In this document: positions 51,072 through 60,536 of the stretch, one piece after another | Layout of the letters: every line of letters starts with the position of its first letter | Position numbering within the stretch: the stretch's first letter is position 1 | Assembly (NCBI GenBank): GCA_963749075.1 | Contig: CAVVLJ010000004.1 | Span: 224,001 to 288,000 of the forward strand | DNA length: 64,000 nucleotides | DNA from: an uncultured Pseudomonadota bacterium | Lineage (GTDB): Bacteria > Pseudomonadota > Alphaproteobacteria > JACZXZ01 | Direction: 5' to 3' | The notes under the pieces: model-generated | The model's database searches: none | Seen by the model: the letters and a program-made list of their open reading frames with translations, nothing else | What the model was told of the DNA's origin: nothing | Program-made: the position numbers and the translations under genes

Positions 51072-52394
51072 ATGACGACAGCAGCCGGAGGTACGAGCGA
51101 GGCCTGGCCGATCGGGAAGCGGCAGATGGTGACCGCGATCATCGCCTCGTCGCTCGGATGGGCGCTCGATCTCTTCGACCTTTTCATCCTGCTCTACGTG
51201 GCGCCGGTCATCGGCAAGCTTTTCTTTCCCTCGCAGTTTCCCACGGTCTCGCTCGCCGCGGTCTATGCCTCCTTTGCGGTGACGCTTCTGATGCGCCCGT
51301 TCGGCTCGGCGCTCTTCGGCTCCTACGCCGACCGCTTCGGGCGGCGCGGCACCATGATCGTGGCGGTCATCGGCGTCGGCATCAGCACGGCGCTCTTCGG
51401 AGCACTCCCGACCATCGCCCAGGTCGGCCTGCTGGCGCCGGCCATCTTCCTGGCACTGCGCCTGGTGCAGGGCGTCTTCGTCGGCGGCGTGGTGGCCTCC
51501 ACCCACACCATCGGCACCGAGTCCGTGCCGCCTTACTGGCGCGGCGCCATGTCGGGCCTCGTCGGCGGCGGCGGCGCCGGCATCGGAGCGCTCCTCGCCT
51601 CGATCGCCTATTTCGCCACCACCGAGGTCTTTCCCGGCGACGCCTATGCGGTGTGGGGCTGGCGCTTCATGTTCTTCTCCGGGATCATCAGCTCGGTCCT
51701 CGGCTTCTTCATCTTCAACCGTCTCGAGGAGTCGCCGGTCTGGTCGGCGCTCAAGACGGGCCGCGGCGCTGGCGCGGTCGTGCGCGCGCCGGTGCGCACG
51801 CTCTTCTCCCGCGCCTATCTGCCGATCCTCCTCGTCAACCTGATGATGACCACAGGCGGCGGCGCCGGCTATTACCTGACCTCGGGCTATCTGCCGACCT
51901 TCCTCAAGGTGGTGAGCAAGCTGCCCAGCCAAGCCACCTCCTTCATCCTCATCGCCGGCAGCATCGTCGCCATCTTCGCCTCGGTCGCCGCCGGGCACTG
52001 CAGCACCATCTGGGGGAGGAAGCGCGTGCTGCTGGCGCTGGCGCTGATCCGCATCGTCGTGCTGCCGCTCTGCTTTCTCGGCATGGCGGGGACGGCTGAG
52101 ACGGGCGTCATCGCCGCCTATGGGCTGGTGCTGACCTTCTTCGGGAATGCCGGCTACGCGCCGCTGCTGATCTTCCTCAACGAGCGCTTCCCCACGGCGC
52201 TGCGCTCGACCGGCACCGGCCTTTCGTGGAACATCGGCTTCGCCATCGGCGGCCTGATGCCGACCTTCGTCTCGCTCGCCTCGCCGACGCCCCAGGATCT
52301 GCCCGCCATGCTGGCGATCTTCGTCTTCGCCATCTCGGTGCTCTTCCTCGCCGGCGCGCTCATCATCCCGGAGACGCGGGGCAATTTCAAATAG
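51072..52394 (+). CDS. MFS transporter (HmfT-like)
   Basis: GWALDLFD, MRP.G...FG..ADR.GRR, about 12 TMs; last gene of the hmf cluster. Confidence 0.88.
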   Translation: MTTAAGGTSEAWPIGKRQMVTAIIASSLGWALDLFDLFILLYVAPVIGKLFFPSQFPTVSLAAVYASFAVTLLMRPFGSALFGSYADRFGRRGTMIVAVIGVGISTALFGALPTIAQVGLLAPAIFLALRLVQGVFVGGVVASTHTIGTESVPPYWRGAMSGLVGGGGAGIGALLASIAYFATTEVFPGDAYAVWGWRFMFFSGIISSVLGFFIFNRLEESPVWSALKTGRGAGAVVRAPVRTLFSRAYLPILLVNLMMTTGGGAGYYLTSGYLPTFLKVVSKLPSQATSFILIAGSIVAIFASVAAGHCSTIWGRKRVLLALALIRIVVLPLCFLGMAGTAETGVIAAYGLVLTFFGNAGYAPLLIFLNERFPTALRSTGTGLSWNIGFAIGGLMPTFVSLASPTPQDLPAMLAIFVFAISVLFLAGALIIPETRGNFK

Positions 52395-53409
52395 GCCGGC
52401 GCCGGTGGTGCGCCGCAGCGCGCGGCTGGCGCCCGCGTCGCCTGGCGATCCAGCCGGGTTGGTCGCAGATGTGCCCGAGGAACTCGACGACGGTATGGGC
52501 TCCGAGATAGGAGGTGATGCCGGTGCCCACGTCGAGCTGGGGATTGACCTCGACGAGGTCGCAGCCGACGACGTTCGTGCGCTCCGCCAGCGCCTTGAGC
52601 GTGCCGCTGAGCTCCGCATAGCTCATGCCGTTGGGCTCCGCCGAGACGCAGCCGGGCACGAGCGGGAGGTCGAGCACGTCGATGTCGATGCTCACGTAGC
52701 ATGCGGCACCTTGGGGGACCACCTCGGCGAGGCCGCGCGGCGCGAGGCGGCGGAACTCCGTCATGGTGATCACTCGGTTGCCGTCGCGGACGGAGTCCTC
52801 GACCATGTCCGGCGAATGGCGCAGGCTGCGGATGCCGACCTGCGTCAAGCTCTCGACGTGCGGCATCGGGCTGATGTGCCGGAAGGCGTGCATGTTGGTG
52901 AAGCGGAGATCGTGGATGAAGGGCGCATAGTCGGTGTGGGCGTCGAAATGGACGACGTGGAGCGGCTGGCTGTAGGCGCGGACGATCGGATAGGTGATCG
53001 AATGGTCGCCGCCCAGCACCACGACCAGGACCTTCCGCGCGAGGAGTGCGCGGACCATGGCGGTCACGTTGTCGAAGGTGCCCTCGACGTTGGTCGGCAG
53101 GATATCGGCGTCGCCGGCATCGACGATCAGCCGGTGGCGGAGCTCGTAGTCGAGATATTGCTTCCGCGTCTCCGGGTTATAGAAGCCGCCGCCGCCCGAG
53201 ACGAAGCGCAGCGAGTGCTCGCGCAGCGCGCGCGGCCCCATGCGCGAGCCGGGAAGGAAGGGCACGCCCTCGTCGAACGGCACGCCCATCACGGCGACGG
53301 CGCCCTCCAGGCGATCGAGGTCGGTTGAGATGGGGCCGCGCAGAAAGCTCGGTATGCCGACGAAGGGCTCGTCGAGCCGGCCCGCCGGCGCGCGTCGTGT
53401 TGCCGTCAT
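52387..53409 (-). CDS. Ureohydrolase (agmatinase/arginase family)
   Basis: G.PFD..., GGDHS, DAHTD, SIDIDVLD, D.VEVNP..D. Confidence 0.88.
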   Translation of the reverse strand: MTATRRAPAGRLDEPFVGIPSFLRGPISTDLDRLEGAVAVMGVPFDEGVPFLPGSRMGPRALREHSLRFVSGGGGFYNPETRKQYLDYELRHRLIVDAGDADILPTNVEGTFDNVTAMVRALLARKVLVVVLGGDHSITYPIVRAYSQPLHVVHFDAHTDYAPFIHDLRFTNMHAFRHISPMPHVESLTQVGIRSLRHSPDMVEDSVRDGNRVITMTEFRRLAPRGLAEVVPQGAACYVSIDIDVLDLPLVPGCVSAEPNGMSYAELSGTLKALAERTNVVGCDLVEVNPQLDVGTGITSYLGAHTVVEFLGHICDQPGWIARRRGRQPRAAAHHRRRPI

Positions 53410-53430
53410 GAAGACCCCGCGATAGTGAGA

Positions 53431-53907
53431 CTATTCCGCCGCCTCGGGCTTGCCCGTGGGCTGCGTCCAGGTGCGGGCGGCTTCATCGTCCTCGGCGCGG
53501 GCGGCGACCCAGCGCTCGCCCTGCGGCGTCTCCTCGAGCTTCCAGAAAGGCGCCTTGGTCTTGAGCCAGTCGACGATGAAGCGGCAGGCCTCGAAGGCGG
53601 CATCTCTGTGGGCGGAGGCGACCGCCACCAGAACGATGCGCTCGCCGGGCTCGAGGCGGCCGTAGCGGTGGACGATCAGGCTCGCGGCGAGCGGCCAGCG
53701 CGCTCTCGCCTCGGCCTCGATCTCGGCGAGCTTGCGCTCGGTCATGCCGGGATAATGCTCGAGCGTCATGGCGCCGACGGCACCCGCGGGTGCCACGTCG
53801 CGCACAAGACCTACGAACGTGACGACGCCGCCGATCTTGTGGTCCCCCTCGACGAGTGCCGCTACCTCGGCGGCCGCATCGAAGTCCTCACGCTGCACGC
53901 GGATCAT
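53431..53907 (-). CDS. moaE: Molybdopterin synthase catalytic subunit
   Basis: F.G.VR, LEHYPGMTE, HR..AF, DWLKT.APFWK.E. Confidence 0.95.
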   Translation of the reverse strand: MIRVQREDFDAAAEVAALVEGDHKIGGVVTFVGLVRDVAPAGAVGAMTLEHYPGMTERKLAEIEAEARARWPLAASLIVHRYGRLEPGERIVLVAVASAHRDAAFEACRFIVDWLKTKAPFWKLEETPQGERWVAARAEDDEAARTWTQPTGKPEAAE

Positions 53908-53909
53908 GC

Positions 53910-54161
53910 TCAGCCTCCCGTGAGCGGCGGGAAGAGCGCCACCTCGTCGCCGGCGGCGAGCGGGTGATGGGGCTGCGCGAATTCCTGGTTGACCGCGACG
54001 CGCACCACCGAGAGATCGCGCAAGGCCGCGGCATAGCCGGGCCCCCGCGACTTTAGCCATTCGAGGAGCGAGGCCACGTCCGCCACCTCCGCGGGCGGCG
54101 TCACCTCCTCCTCGGCCAGGCCCGTGCGCTGCTTGAGCCAGGCGAAGTACATCAGCCTCAT
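53910..54161 (-). CDS. moaD: Molybdopterin synthase sulfur carrier
   Basis: YFAW, AVNQ, C-terminal FPPLTGG. Confidence 0.95.
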   Translation of the reverse strand: MRLMYFAWLKQRTGLAEEEVTPPAEVADVASLLEWLKSRGPGYAAALRDLSVVRVAVNQEFAQPHHPLAAGDEVALFPPLTGG

Positions 54162-55414
54162 CAGCTCACCTCGCTGAAGGGGAGGAAATCGACCATGCTC
54201 CCGCGCTCGAGGTGGGTCAAGCTCTCCGGCAGCTCGGCCAGGCCGTCCGCCTCGACCATCGAGGAGAGGATTCCCGCCCCCTCGCGCGGGAACTTGCGCG
54301 CGACGATGCCGCCCATGCCGTCGGGCACCAGGCGCGCGCGCACCCATTCGCGCCGGCCGTCCTTCTTCTTGTGCTCGAAATCGGCGCGCACGCGGTAGAG
54401 CACCGGCTCGGTCTCGGAGCCGCCCATGAGGCGCAAGAGGAGCGGGCGGGCGAAGCGCAGGAAGGTCACCATCATGGCGACCGGATTGCCGGGCAGGCCG
54501 AGAAAGGCGGTGCTGCCGATCTGGCCGAAGGCGAGCGGCCGGCCCGGCCGCATGGCGAGGCGCCAGAAATGCAGGCGGCCGAGCGCCTCGAGTGCTGAGC
54601 GCACGTGATCCTCCTCGCCGGTCGAGACGCCGCCCGAGGTAATGATGGCGTCATGGCCGGAGGCCGCCTTGCCGAGCGCCCGCTCGATCGCCGCCCGCCG
54701 GTCGGGGAGGATGCCGAGATCGGCGACGAGGCAGCCGAGGCGCTTCAGGAGGGCCGCGAGGGTGAAGCGGTTGGCGTCGTAGACGGCGCCTGGCGGTGCG
54801 GTGCTGCCGGGCTCGGCGAGCTCGTCGCCGGTCGAGAACACGGCGACGCTGAGCGCGCGGCGGAGTGCCAAGGACGTGCGCCCGATCGAGGCGGCGAGGC
54901 CGATATCCTGGGGCCGCAGGCGCCGCCCGGCCTGGAGGATGACGGCGCCCGCCTTCACGTCCTCGCCCGACTTGCGCCGGTTGGCGCCGCGCTTGATGCC
55001 GGGGCTGACGATCACCGCAGCGCCCTCGCTGCGGCAATCCTCCTGCATCATCACGGTGTCGGCACCCGCCGGCATCACGGCGCCGGTGAAGATGCGCACG
55101 GCCTGGCCGCGCTCGAGCGGCCGGCCGAGAGGATGGCCGGCGGCGGCGCGCCCGGCGATGGCGAGCCGCGTCTCGCCGGCCGCGGCGAGATCGTCGAAGG
55201 CGAGGGCATAGCCGTCGACCGCCGAATTGTCGTGGGGCGGCACGTCGCGCCCGGCCACCACGTCCTCGGCGAGGACGCGGTCGAGCGCAGCGCCGAGCGG
55301 CACGGTCTCGGCGTCGGCCACGCAGGCGACGCGCGCGGCCAAGAGCGCCAAGGCCTCGTCGACGCTCATCAGGCGGCCGCCATGGGCGAAGCAGTCGTCG
55401 CTCAGCTGGGCCAT
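54161..55414 (-). CDS. moeA: Molybdopterin molybdenumtransferase
   Basis: SAVDGYA, IFTGA..P.GAD, STGDEL, TSGGVS.G, GLPGNPV. Confidence 0.95.
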   Translation of the reverse strand: MAQLSDDCFAHGGRLMSVDEALALLAARVACVADAETVPLGAALDRVLAEDVVAGRDVPPHDNSAVDGYALAFDDLAAAGETRLAIAGRAAAGHPLGRPLERGQAVRIFTGAVMPAGADTVMMQEDCRSEGAAVIVSPGIKRGANRRKSGEDVKAGAVILQAGRRLRPQDIGLAASIGRTSLALRRALSVAVFSTGDELAEPGSTAPPGAVYDANRFTLAALLKRLGCLVADLGILPDRRAAIERALGKAASGHDAIITSGGVSTGEEDHVRSALEALGRLHFWRLAMRPGRPLAFGQIGSTAFLGLPGNPVAMMVTFLRFARPLLLRLMGGSETEPVLYRVRADFEHKKKDGRREWVRARLVPDGMGGIVARKFPREGAGILSSMVEADGLAELPESLTHLERGSMVDFLPFSEVS

Positions 55415-55421
55415 GGCCGCC

Positions 55422-55940
55422 TCACGCCACGCCGCGCTCGCGCGCCGCGAGCCCGGCATGAGACACGATGAAGCCGGCGATGGCTGCGGTGTCGTCGATG
55501 TCGAACCGCGGGATGCGCAAGTTCGCCACCGGCCCGTCGCTCGCCAGCGCCACCACGTACGGATCGTCCAGGCAGAGGAGCGGCTTGCCGAGCGCCACGC
55601 GGTGGACCTCGAGCTTGTCGTGGGCGTGCGTCCTGAAGCCCTCGATGAGGAGGAGGTCGACCGGCGTCATGTAGCGGACGAGCTCCTCGACCGTCGGCTC
55701 TCGAGCGCCGCGCAGCTCGTGTTGGAGGGCGAAGCGCTTGGCCGAGCATACCATCACCTCGGTGGCGCCCGCCTGCCGGTGGCGGTAGCTGTCCTTGCCC
55801 GGCTGGTCGATGTCGAATTCGTGGTGGGCGTGCTTGATGGTCGAGACCCTGAGGCCGCGGCGCACGAGCTCGGGCAGCAGCCTGACCATGAGGGTGGTCT
55901 TGCCGCTGTCGCTCCATCCTGCAAGGCCGAATATCTTCAT
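55422..55940 (-). CDS. mobB: Molybdopterin-guanine dinucleotide biosynthesis protein B
   Basis: GWSDSGKTT, IKHAHH.FD.D..GKDS. Confidence 0.94.
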   Translation of the reverse strand: MKIFGLAGWSDSGKTTLMVRLLPELVRRGLRVSTIKHAHHEFDIDQPGKDSYRHRQAGATEVMVCSAKRFALQHELRGAREPTVEELVRYMTPVDLLLIEGFRTHAHDKLEVHRVALGKPLLCLDDPYVVALASDGPVANLRIPRFDIDDTAAIAGFIVSHAGLAARERGVA

Positions 55941-56021
55941 GCTCCGCTCGCGTCTGCCAAGCTATAGGCTATTGGCGGCGGGAATCGGCAAAGTCAAGTG
56001 AGAGGGACGGCGCCGGGCCGC

Positions 56022-56642
56022 TCAGGGGCTCGCCGGCGTGGCGCCCTTGACCGCACCCTTGGCCGGCGGCCGGGCCGGCGTGCGCTGCCGGTCGATGTGG
56101 CGCAGGCCCTCGCGCAGATAGTCGTAGCCCGTGATGAGGGTGAGCACGGCCGCGGCCCACAGGCCGACCACGCCGATCTCGCGCGTGTAGGGCACCACCC
56201 AGTCCCCGGCGTCGCCCACGATGAGGAAGCCGATCGCCACCATCTGGATGCCGGTCTTCCACTTGGCGAGCCTCGTCACCGGCATGCCGACGCTCAAGCT
56301 GGCGAGGAACTCGCGCAAGCCCGAGACCAGGATCTCGCGGCAGAGGATGAGGATGGCGGGAAGCAGCGTCAGGCCTCCGATGCGATCGAAAGCGGCGAGG
56401 AGGAGAAGCGTGGTGGCGACGATGAGCTTGTCGGCGATGGGGTCGAGGAGCTCGCCCAAGAGCGACTGCTCGCGCCAGGTGCGCGCGAGATAGCCGTCGA
56501 GGTAATCGGTGATGCCGGCGAGCGTGAAGAGGCCGCAGGCCGTCCAGCGCGCGCCGTTGCCCTCGACCCAGAAGAGGCCGACGAGGATCGGGATCACCGC
56601 GATGCGCGAGATGGTGAGCAGATTCGGGATGCTGGTGATCAT
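56022..56642 (-). CDS. pgsA: CDP-diacylglycerol--glycerol-3-phosphate 3-phosphatidyltransferase
   Basis: PNLLT..R, TD.LDG.LAR.....S.LG..LDP.ADK, RE..VSGLRE. Confidence 0.96.
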   Translation of the reverse strand: MITSIPNLLTISRIAVIPILVGLFWVEGNGARWTACGLFTLAGITDYLDGYLARTWREQSLLGELLDPIADKLIVATTLLLLAAFDRIGGLTLLPAILILCREILVSGLREFLASLSVGMPVTRLAKWKTGIQMVAIGFLIVGDAGDWVVPYTREIGVVGLWAAAVLTLITGYDYLREGLRHIDRQRTPARPPAKGAVKGATPASP

Positions 56643-56681
56643 CGGGCAAGCCTTGCGTGCCGGGGCTGCGATATTAGGCCG

Positions 56682-58748
56682 CTAGCCCTCGGGATGGAAG
56701 TGATCATAGATCTTCCGGGCGACGGCGCCGCGGATGCCGGCAACGGCCTCGAGATCGGCGAGGCCGGCGCGCGCCACGCGTTCGGCCGAGCCGAAGTGGT
56801 GGAGGAGGGCCTTCTTGCGCTTGGCGCCGATGCCCGGCACCTCGTCGAGGCGCGAGCGCAGCGCCGACTTGGCGCGGCGCACGCGATGGCTGCCGATGGC
56901 GAAGCGGTGCGCCTCGTCGCGCAGGCGTTGGAGGAAATAGAGCACGGGATCGCGCGGCTCGAGGAGCAACGGCGGGCGCTCGGGGAGGAAGATGCGCTCC
57001 CGCCCGGCGTTGCGCTCGGGCCCCTTGGCGATGGCCGCCACCGCCACGTCGCCTATGCCGAGATCGGCGAGCACGCCGAGTGCGGCATTGAGTTGGCCCA
57101 GGCCGCCGTCGATCAGGATGAGCTCGGGCCAGTGTCCGCGCGTCCGCTCGGGGTCCTCCTTGAGCGCGCGCGCGAAGCGCCGCGTCAGCACCTCGCGCAT
57201 CATGCCGTAGTCGTCGCCCGGCACGATCTGCGGCGGTGCTAGCTCCTCATCCTTCGAGACGCGGCTTCGCCGCTCCTCAGGATGAGGAGCGAGGGGCGAG
57301 CCCTCATCCTGAGGAGGCCGCGCAGCGGCCGTCTCGCAGGATGAGGCGGGCGCCGCCGCCGTCTTGATGTTGAACTTGCGGTAGGCGCCCTTCACGAAGC
57401 CCTCGGGCCCGGCCACGATCATGGCGCCGACCGCGTTCGTGCCCATGATGTGGCTGTTGTCGTAGACCTCGATGCGCTGGGGCGGGCCCTCGAGGCCGAG
57501 CGTGGCGGCGAGCGACTCGAGGAGCTTGCGCTGGCTCGAGCTTTCCGCGAGGCGGCGGCCCAGTGCCGCCTGGGCATTGGCGAGGGCATGCTCGACCATG
57601 TTGCGCTTGGCGCCGCGCTTGGGCACCGAGAGCTCGACGTGGCGGCCGGCGCGCAAGGAGAGCGCCTCGGCGATGAGCGCGCGCTCGGGCACCGCGTGGC
57701 TCAGCAGCACGAGGGGCGGCGGCGGCTTGTTCTCGTAGAACTGCCCGATGAAGGCGCCGAGCACCTCTTCCGTGCCAAGCGTCTTCTCGTGGCGCGGATA
57801 ATAGGCGCGGTTGCCGTAGTTGCGCCCGGCGCGGAAGAAGAAGACCTGGACGCAGGTCACCCCGCCCGCCTGGTGGGCGGCGATCACGTCGGCCTGGTCG
57901 ACGCCCGCCACGTTGATGTCCTGCTTCGCCTGGATCTGGGTGAGCGCCTTGATGCGGTCGCGGTAGATCGCGGCACTCTCGAAATCGAGGCCGCCTGCCG
58001 CCTCCTGCATGAGGGCGGCGAGGCGGCGCTGGATGTCCTGGCTGCGCCCGGCGAGGAAGGCGCGCGCCTCGCGCACCAGCTCGTCGTAGGCCTCCCGCCC
58101 GACCTTGCCCACGCAAGGCCCGCTGCAGCGCTTGATCTGGAAGAGGAGGCAGGGCCGCGTGCGGCTGGCGAACACGCCGTCCGAGCAGGAGCGCAGGAGG
58201 AAGGCGCGCTCGAGCGCCGCCAGCGTCTGGCTGACGGCGCCCGCCGAGGCGAAGGGCCCGAAATATTCGCCCGGCCGGCTGCGCGCGCCGCGGTACTTGG
58301 CGATCTGCGGCCATTCGTGGTCGCCGGTGATGAGGATGTAGGGGAAGCTCTTGTCGTCGCGCAGCAGCACGTTGTAGCGCGGCGCATGGCGCTTGATGAG
58401 GTTGCTCTCGAGCAGCAGCGCCTCGACCTCGGTGTGGGTCGTCACCACCTCGACCGCCGCGGTCTCGGCGACCATGCGCTGGATGCGGTAGGAGAGGCGC
58501 TGCGGCTGCGTGTAGCTCGCGACCCGCTTGCGCAGCTCCTTGGCCTTGCCGACGTAGAGCACGTCGCCCCGCGCATCGAGCATGCGATAGACGCCCGGAG
58601 CCTCGGGCATGGTCTTGAGGGCCGTCGCGATCGCCGCGCTGCCGCGCGCGAGCCTGCCCGCCGGAAGAGCCGTGTCCGGCGTCTCGGCGTCCGCGCTCTC
58701 TTGCTCCGCTCGAAGTGCGGCGCGCTCCATTTCGCCCATGGCCGTCAT
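56682..58748 (-). CDS. uvrC: Excinuclease ABC subunit C (with an in-frame repeat-derived insertion)
   Basis: PGVY...LYVGKAK GIY-YIG, IE.YD.SH, DDY..MRE...[17 protein letters not shown], HhH. Confidence 0.97.
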   Translation of the reverse strand: MTAMGEMERAALRAEQESADAETPDTALPAGRLARGSAAIATALKTMPEAPGVYRMLDARGDVLYVGKAKELRKRVASYTQPQRLSYRIQRMVAETAAVEVVTTHTEVEALLLESNLIKRHAPRYNVLLRDDKSFPYILITGDHEWPQIAKYRGARSRPGEYFGPFASAGAVSQTLAALERAFLLRSCSDGVFASRTRPCLLFQIKRCSGPCVGKVGREAYDELVREARAFLAGRSQDIQRRLAALMQEAAGGLDFESAAIYRDRIKALTQIQAKQDINVAGVDQADVIAAHQAGGVTCVQVFFFRAGRNYGNRAYYPRHEKTLGTEEVLGAFIGQFYENKPPPPLVLLSHAVPERALIAEALSLRAGRHVELSVPKRGAKRNMVEHALANAQAALGRRLAESSSQRKLLESLAATLGLEGPPQRIEVYDNSHIMGTNAVGAMIVAGPEGFVKGAYRKFNIKTAAAPASSCETAAARPPQDEGSPLAPHPEERRSRVSKDEELAPPQIVPGDDYGMMREVLTRRFARALKEDPERTRGHWPELILIDGGLGQLNAALGVLADLGIGDVAVAAIAKGPERNAGRERIFLPERPPLLLEPRDPVLYFLQRLRDEAHRFAIGSHRVRRAKSALRSRLDEVPGIGAKRKKALLHHFGSAERVARAGLADLEAVAGIRGAVARKIYDHFHPEG
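57242..57346. repeat. Palindromic repeat doublet inside the uvrC coding sequence
   Basis: CTCATCCTTCGAGACGCGGCTTCGCCGCTCCTCAGGATGAG followed by the inverted copy CTCATCCTGAGGAGGCCGCGCAGCGGCCGTCTCGCAGGATGAG. Confidence 0.85.
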
Positions 58749-58872
58749 TGTCGTCCGCTCTCTCGGCCGGTCAACCGTGCGCCGCAGCGAATTCTGGCGC
58801 CCGTCAATTTTTCACCACGATCTCCAAGCAATTCCAAGGGGATCGCTTTTGAGGCTCGGCGCCTCGAGTCGG

Positions 58873-58993
58873 ATATCCACGATTCCTGTGGGTAACTCTG
58901 TCGAAAATCGCCGCCGACGATAGCCCCTATCAAATGCCGCAAGGAATTCACGTAAATGCCTAAATTAGAGGCAATTATTATAACCCATTGAAT
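58873..58993. promoter_or_regulatory. DARS-like DnaA-box triplet with Fis/NtrC-like and IHF-like sites
   Basis: ATATCCACG-ATTCC-TGTGGGTAA-CTC-TGTCGAAAA (58873-58907); TGCCTAAATTAGAGGCA (58957-58973); TAACCCATTGAAT (58981-58993); AT-rich island. Confidence 0.55.
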
Positions 58994-59118
58994 TTCAATG
59001 CTTATTATGAAGTCAAGTGTAAAGAAACTGCCAAAGAAGCGATTTTGTGCGCAGCAGGCGCATGGCTAGCCGGGGCTGATTTTCGCTGTGCAAAACCTCG
59101 CCGGCGGCAGCGCGGCAA

Positions 59119-59556
59119 TTAACTTAACTTCGAAAGATTCGTGCGCGAATGCGGCTGAAACCGTTCGATTTCCACCCCGACTCCGGCGGCATCGGCATAG
59201 ACGTCGAGCTTCTCGAGACGCACCCTGGCCGCCTCCACGCGCGGGTCGGCGAGGCATAGCGCCGCAATGCGTTCGGCAAGGGTCTCGACCAGGTTGACGT
59301 GGCCTTTGGCAACCAGCCGCCGCACCGCCGAGATCACCTCGTCGTAGCAGACGACCGTCTCGTAGCGGTCCGCGAGGACGTTGGCCTCGTCGCGCACGGT
59401 GAGCGCCAGATTGAGGCGCACCCGCTGGCTGCGCCCGCGCTCATGGGCATGCACGCCGAGCTCGGCGGCGAGCTCGAGGTCGCGCACGAAGAGGCGGTGG
59501 GTGCCGCGCGGTGCCGTTGCGTCCTGCCGCACGCGCGGCTGCTCGGTCTCGCTCAT
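59119..59556 (-). CDS. folB: Dihydroneopterin aldolase
   Basis: GV...E....Q.V, V.Y, L.ETLAE.IA, V..EK, VGVEI.R. Confidence 0.92.
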   Translation of the reverse strand: MSETEQPRVRQDATAPRGTHRLFVRDLELAAELGVHAHERGRSQRVRLNLALTVRDEANVLADRYETVVCYDEVISAVRRLVAKGHVNLVETLAERIAALCLADPRVEAARVRLEKLDVYADAAGVGVEIERFQPHSRTNLSKLS

Positions 59557-59739
59557 GGCAGCCTCAGCACCCTGAGAGCGACCGGAGGCCCGCACTCTGG
59601 GGGCCCGCTCCAGATCGTACGCCGTGGAAAGCCTTCCTCGCGGAGCCCGCACCCTGGGGACGCCATGGCGAAGCCGGCAGGAGAACCCTAACCGCAAGCG
59701 CCGTCCCCGTCCAGCATTGCCTCGCGCTGCCCTGCCGCG

Positions 59740-60510
59740 TCAGGCGGAAGCGGGGGCGCCCGGCGGGCTCGGCGGACCGCCGAGATGGTAGCCGCCGTCG
59801 AGCACGACGAGCTGACCGGTCATCGATTTCGCCGCCAGGATGAAGCGCAGCGCCGCGGCGACCTCTCCCACCGTGGCGCCGCGCCCGAGAAGGGTGGCGC
59901 GCCATTGGCGCTCGAACTGCGCCGCCGTCTGGCCGGGTCCCGGCAGCACCGGGCCGGGCCCGATCGCGTTCACCCGGATGCGCGGCGCCAGTGCCAGCGC
60001 CAGCGTCTGGGTCAGCGTCATCAGGCCGGTCTTGCTCACCGTATAGGACACATAGTGCGGCGTGAGCCGCAGCACGCGGCGATCGAGGAGGTTGACGACG
60101 GCGCCCTCGGCCGCGGCCGGAAGCTGGCGCGCGAAGGCCTGGCTCAGCACGAAGGGCGCTCTGAGGTTCGCCTCCATGTGGAGGTCCCACGAGCGGCGGC
60201 TGGCGTCGAGCGCCTCGTCGCGCTCGAAGCGCGCGGCGTTGTTGACGAGGAGGCCGAGGGGCCCCAGGGCGGCTGAGGCGCGCGCCACGAGAGGTGCGGT
60301 CTCCTCCTCGCGCGCGAGGTCGGCCGCGAGGGCAACCGCACGGCCGCCGAGTGCGGCGATCTCCGCGACGACGGCCTCCGCCGCGTCGGCGTGGCTGCGG
60401 TAATGCACGGCCACCGCGAAGCCTTGGCGGGCAAGATCGAGGGCGAGCGCGCGGCCGATGCGCTGGGCAGCACCCGTGACCAGGGCCGTCTTGGGGATGC
60501 TCTCGCTCAT
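59740..60510 (-). CDS. SDR oxidoreductase (pteridine reductase/FolM-like)
   Basis: VTGAAQRIG, NNA, Y..SK, RVNAIGPG; adjacent to folB. Confidence 0.9.
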   Translation of the reverse strand: MSESIPKTALVTGAAQRIGRALALDLARQGFAVAVHYRSHADAAEAVVAEIAALGGRAVALAADLAREEETAPLVARASAALGPLGLLVNNAARFERDEALDASRRSWDLHMEANLRAPFVLSQAFARQLPAAAEGAVVNLLDRRVLRLTPHYVSYTVSKTGLMTLTQTLALALAPRIRVNAIGPGPVLPGPGQTAAQFERQWRATLLGRGATVGEVAAALRFILAAKSMTGQLVVLDGGYHLGGPPSPPGAPASA

Positions 60511-60536
60511 CCCTGTGCCATGGCCGCGGCGGCGGC

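Noticed and set aside
53431-55940. Moco biosynthesis genes as part of the hmf island
   Set aside because: uvrC-pgsA-mobB-moeA-moaD-moaE resembles a common alphaproteobacterial core arrangement; proximity may be coincidental
58750-59118. oriC or dif site
   Set aside because: Only three DnaA-like boxes, no typical origin-flanking genes and no XerC/XerD dif consensus; a DARS-like or regulatory reading fits better
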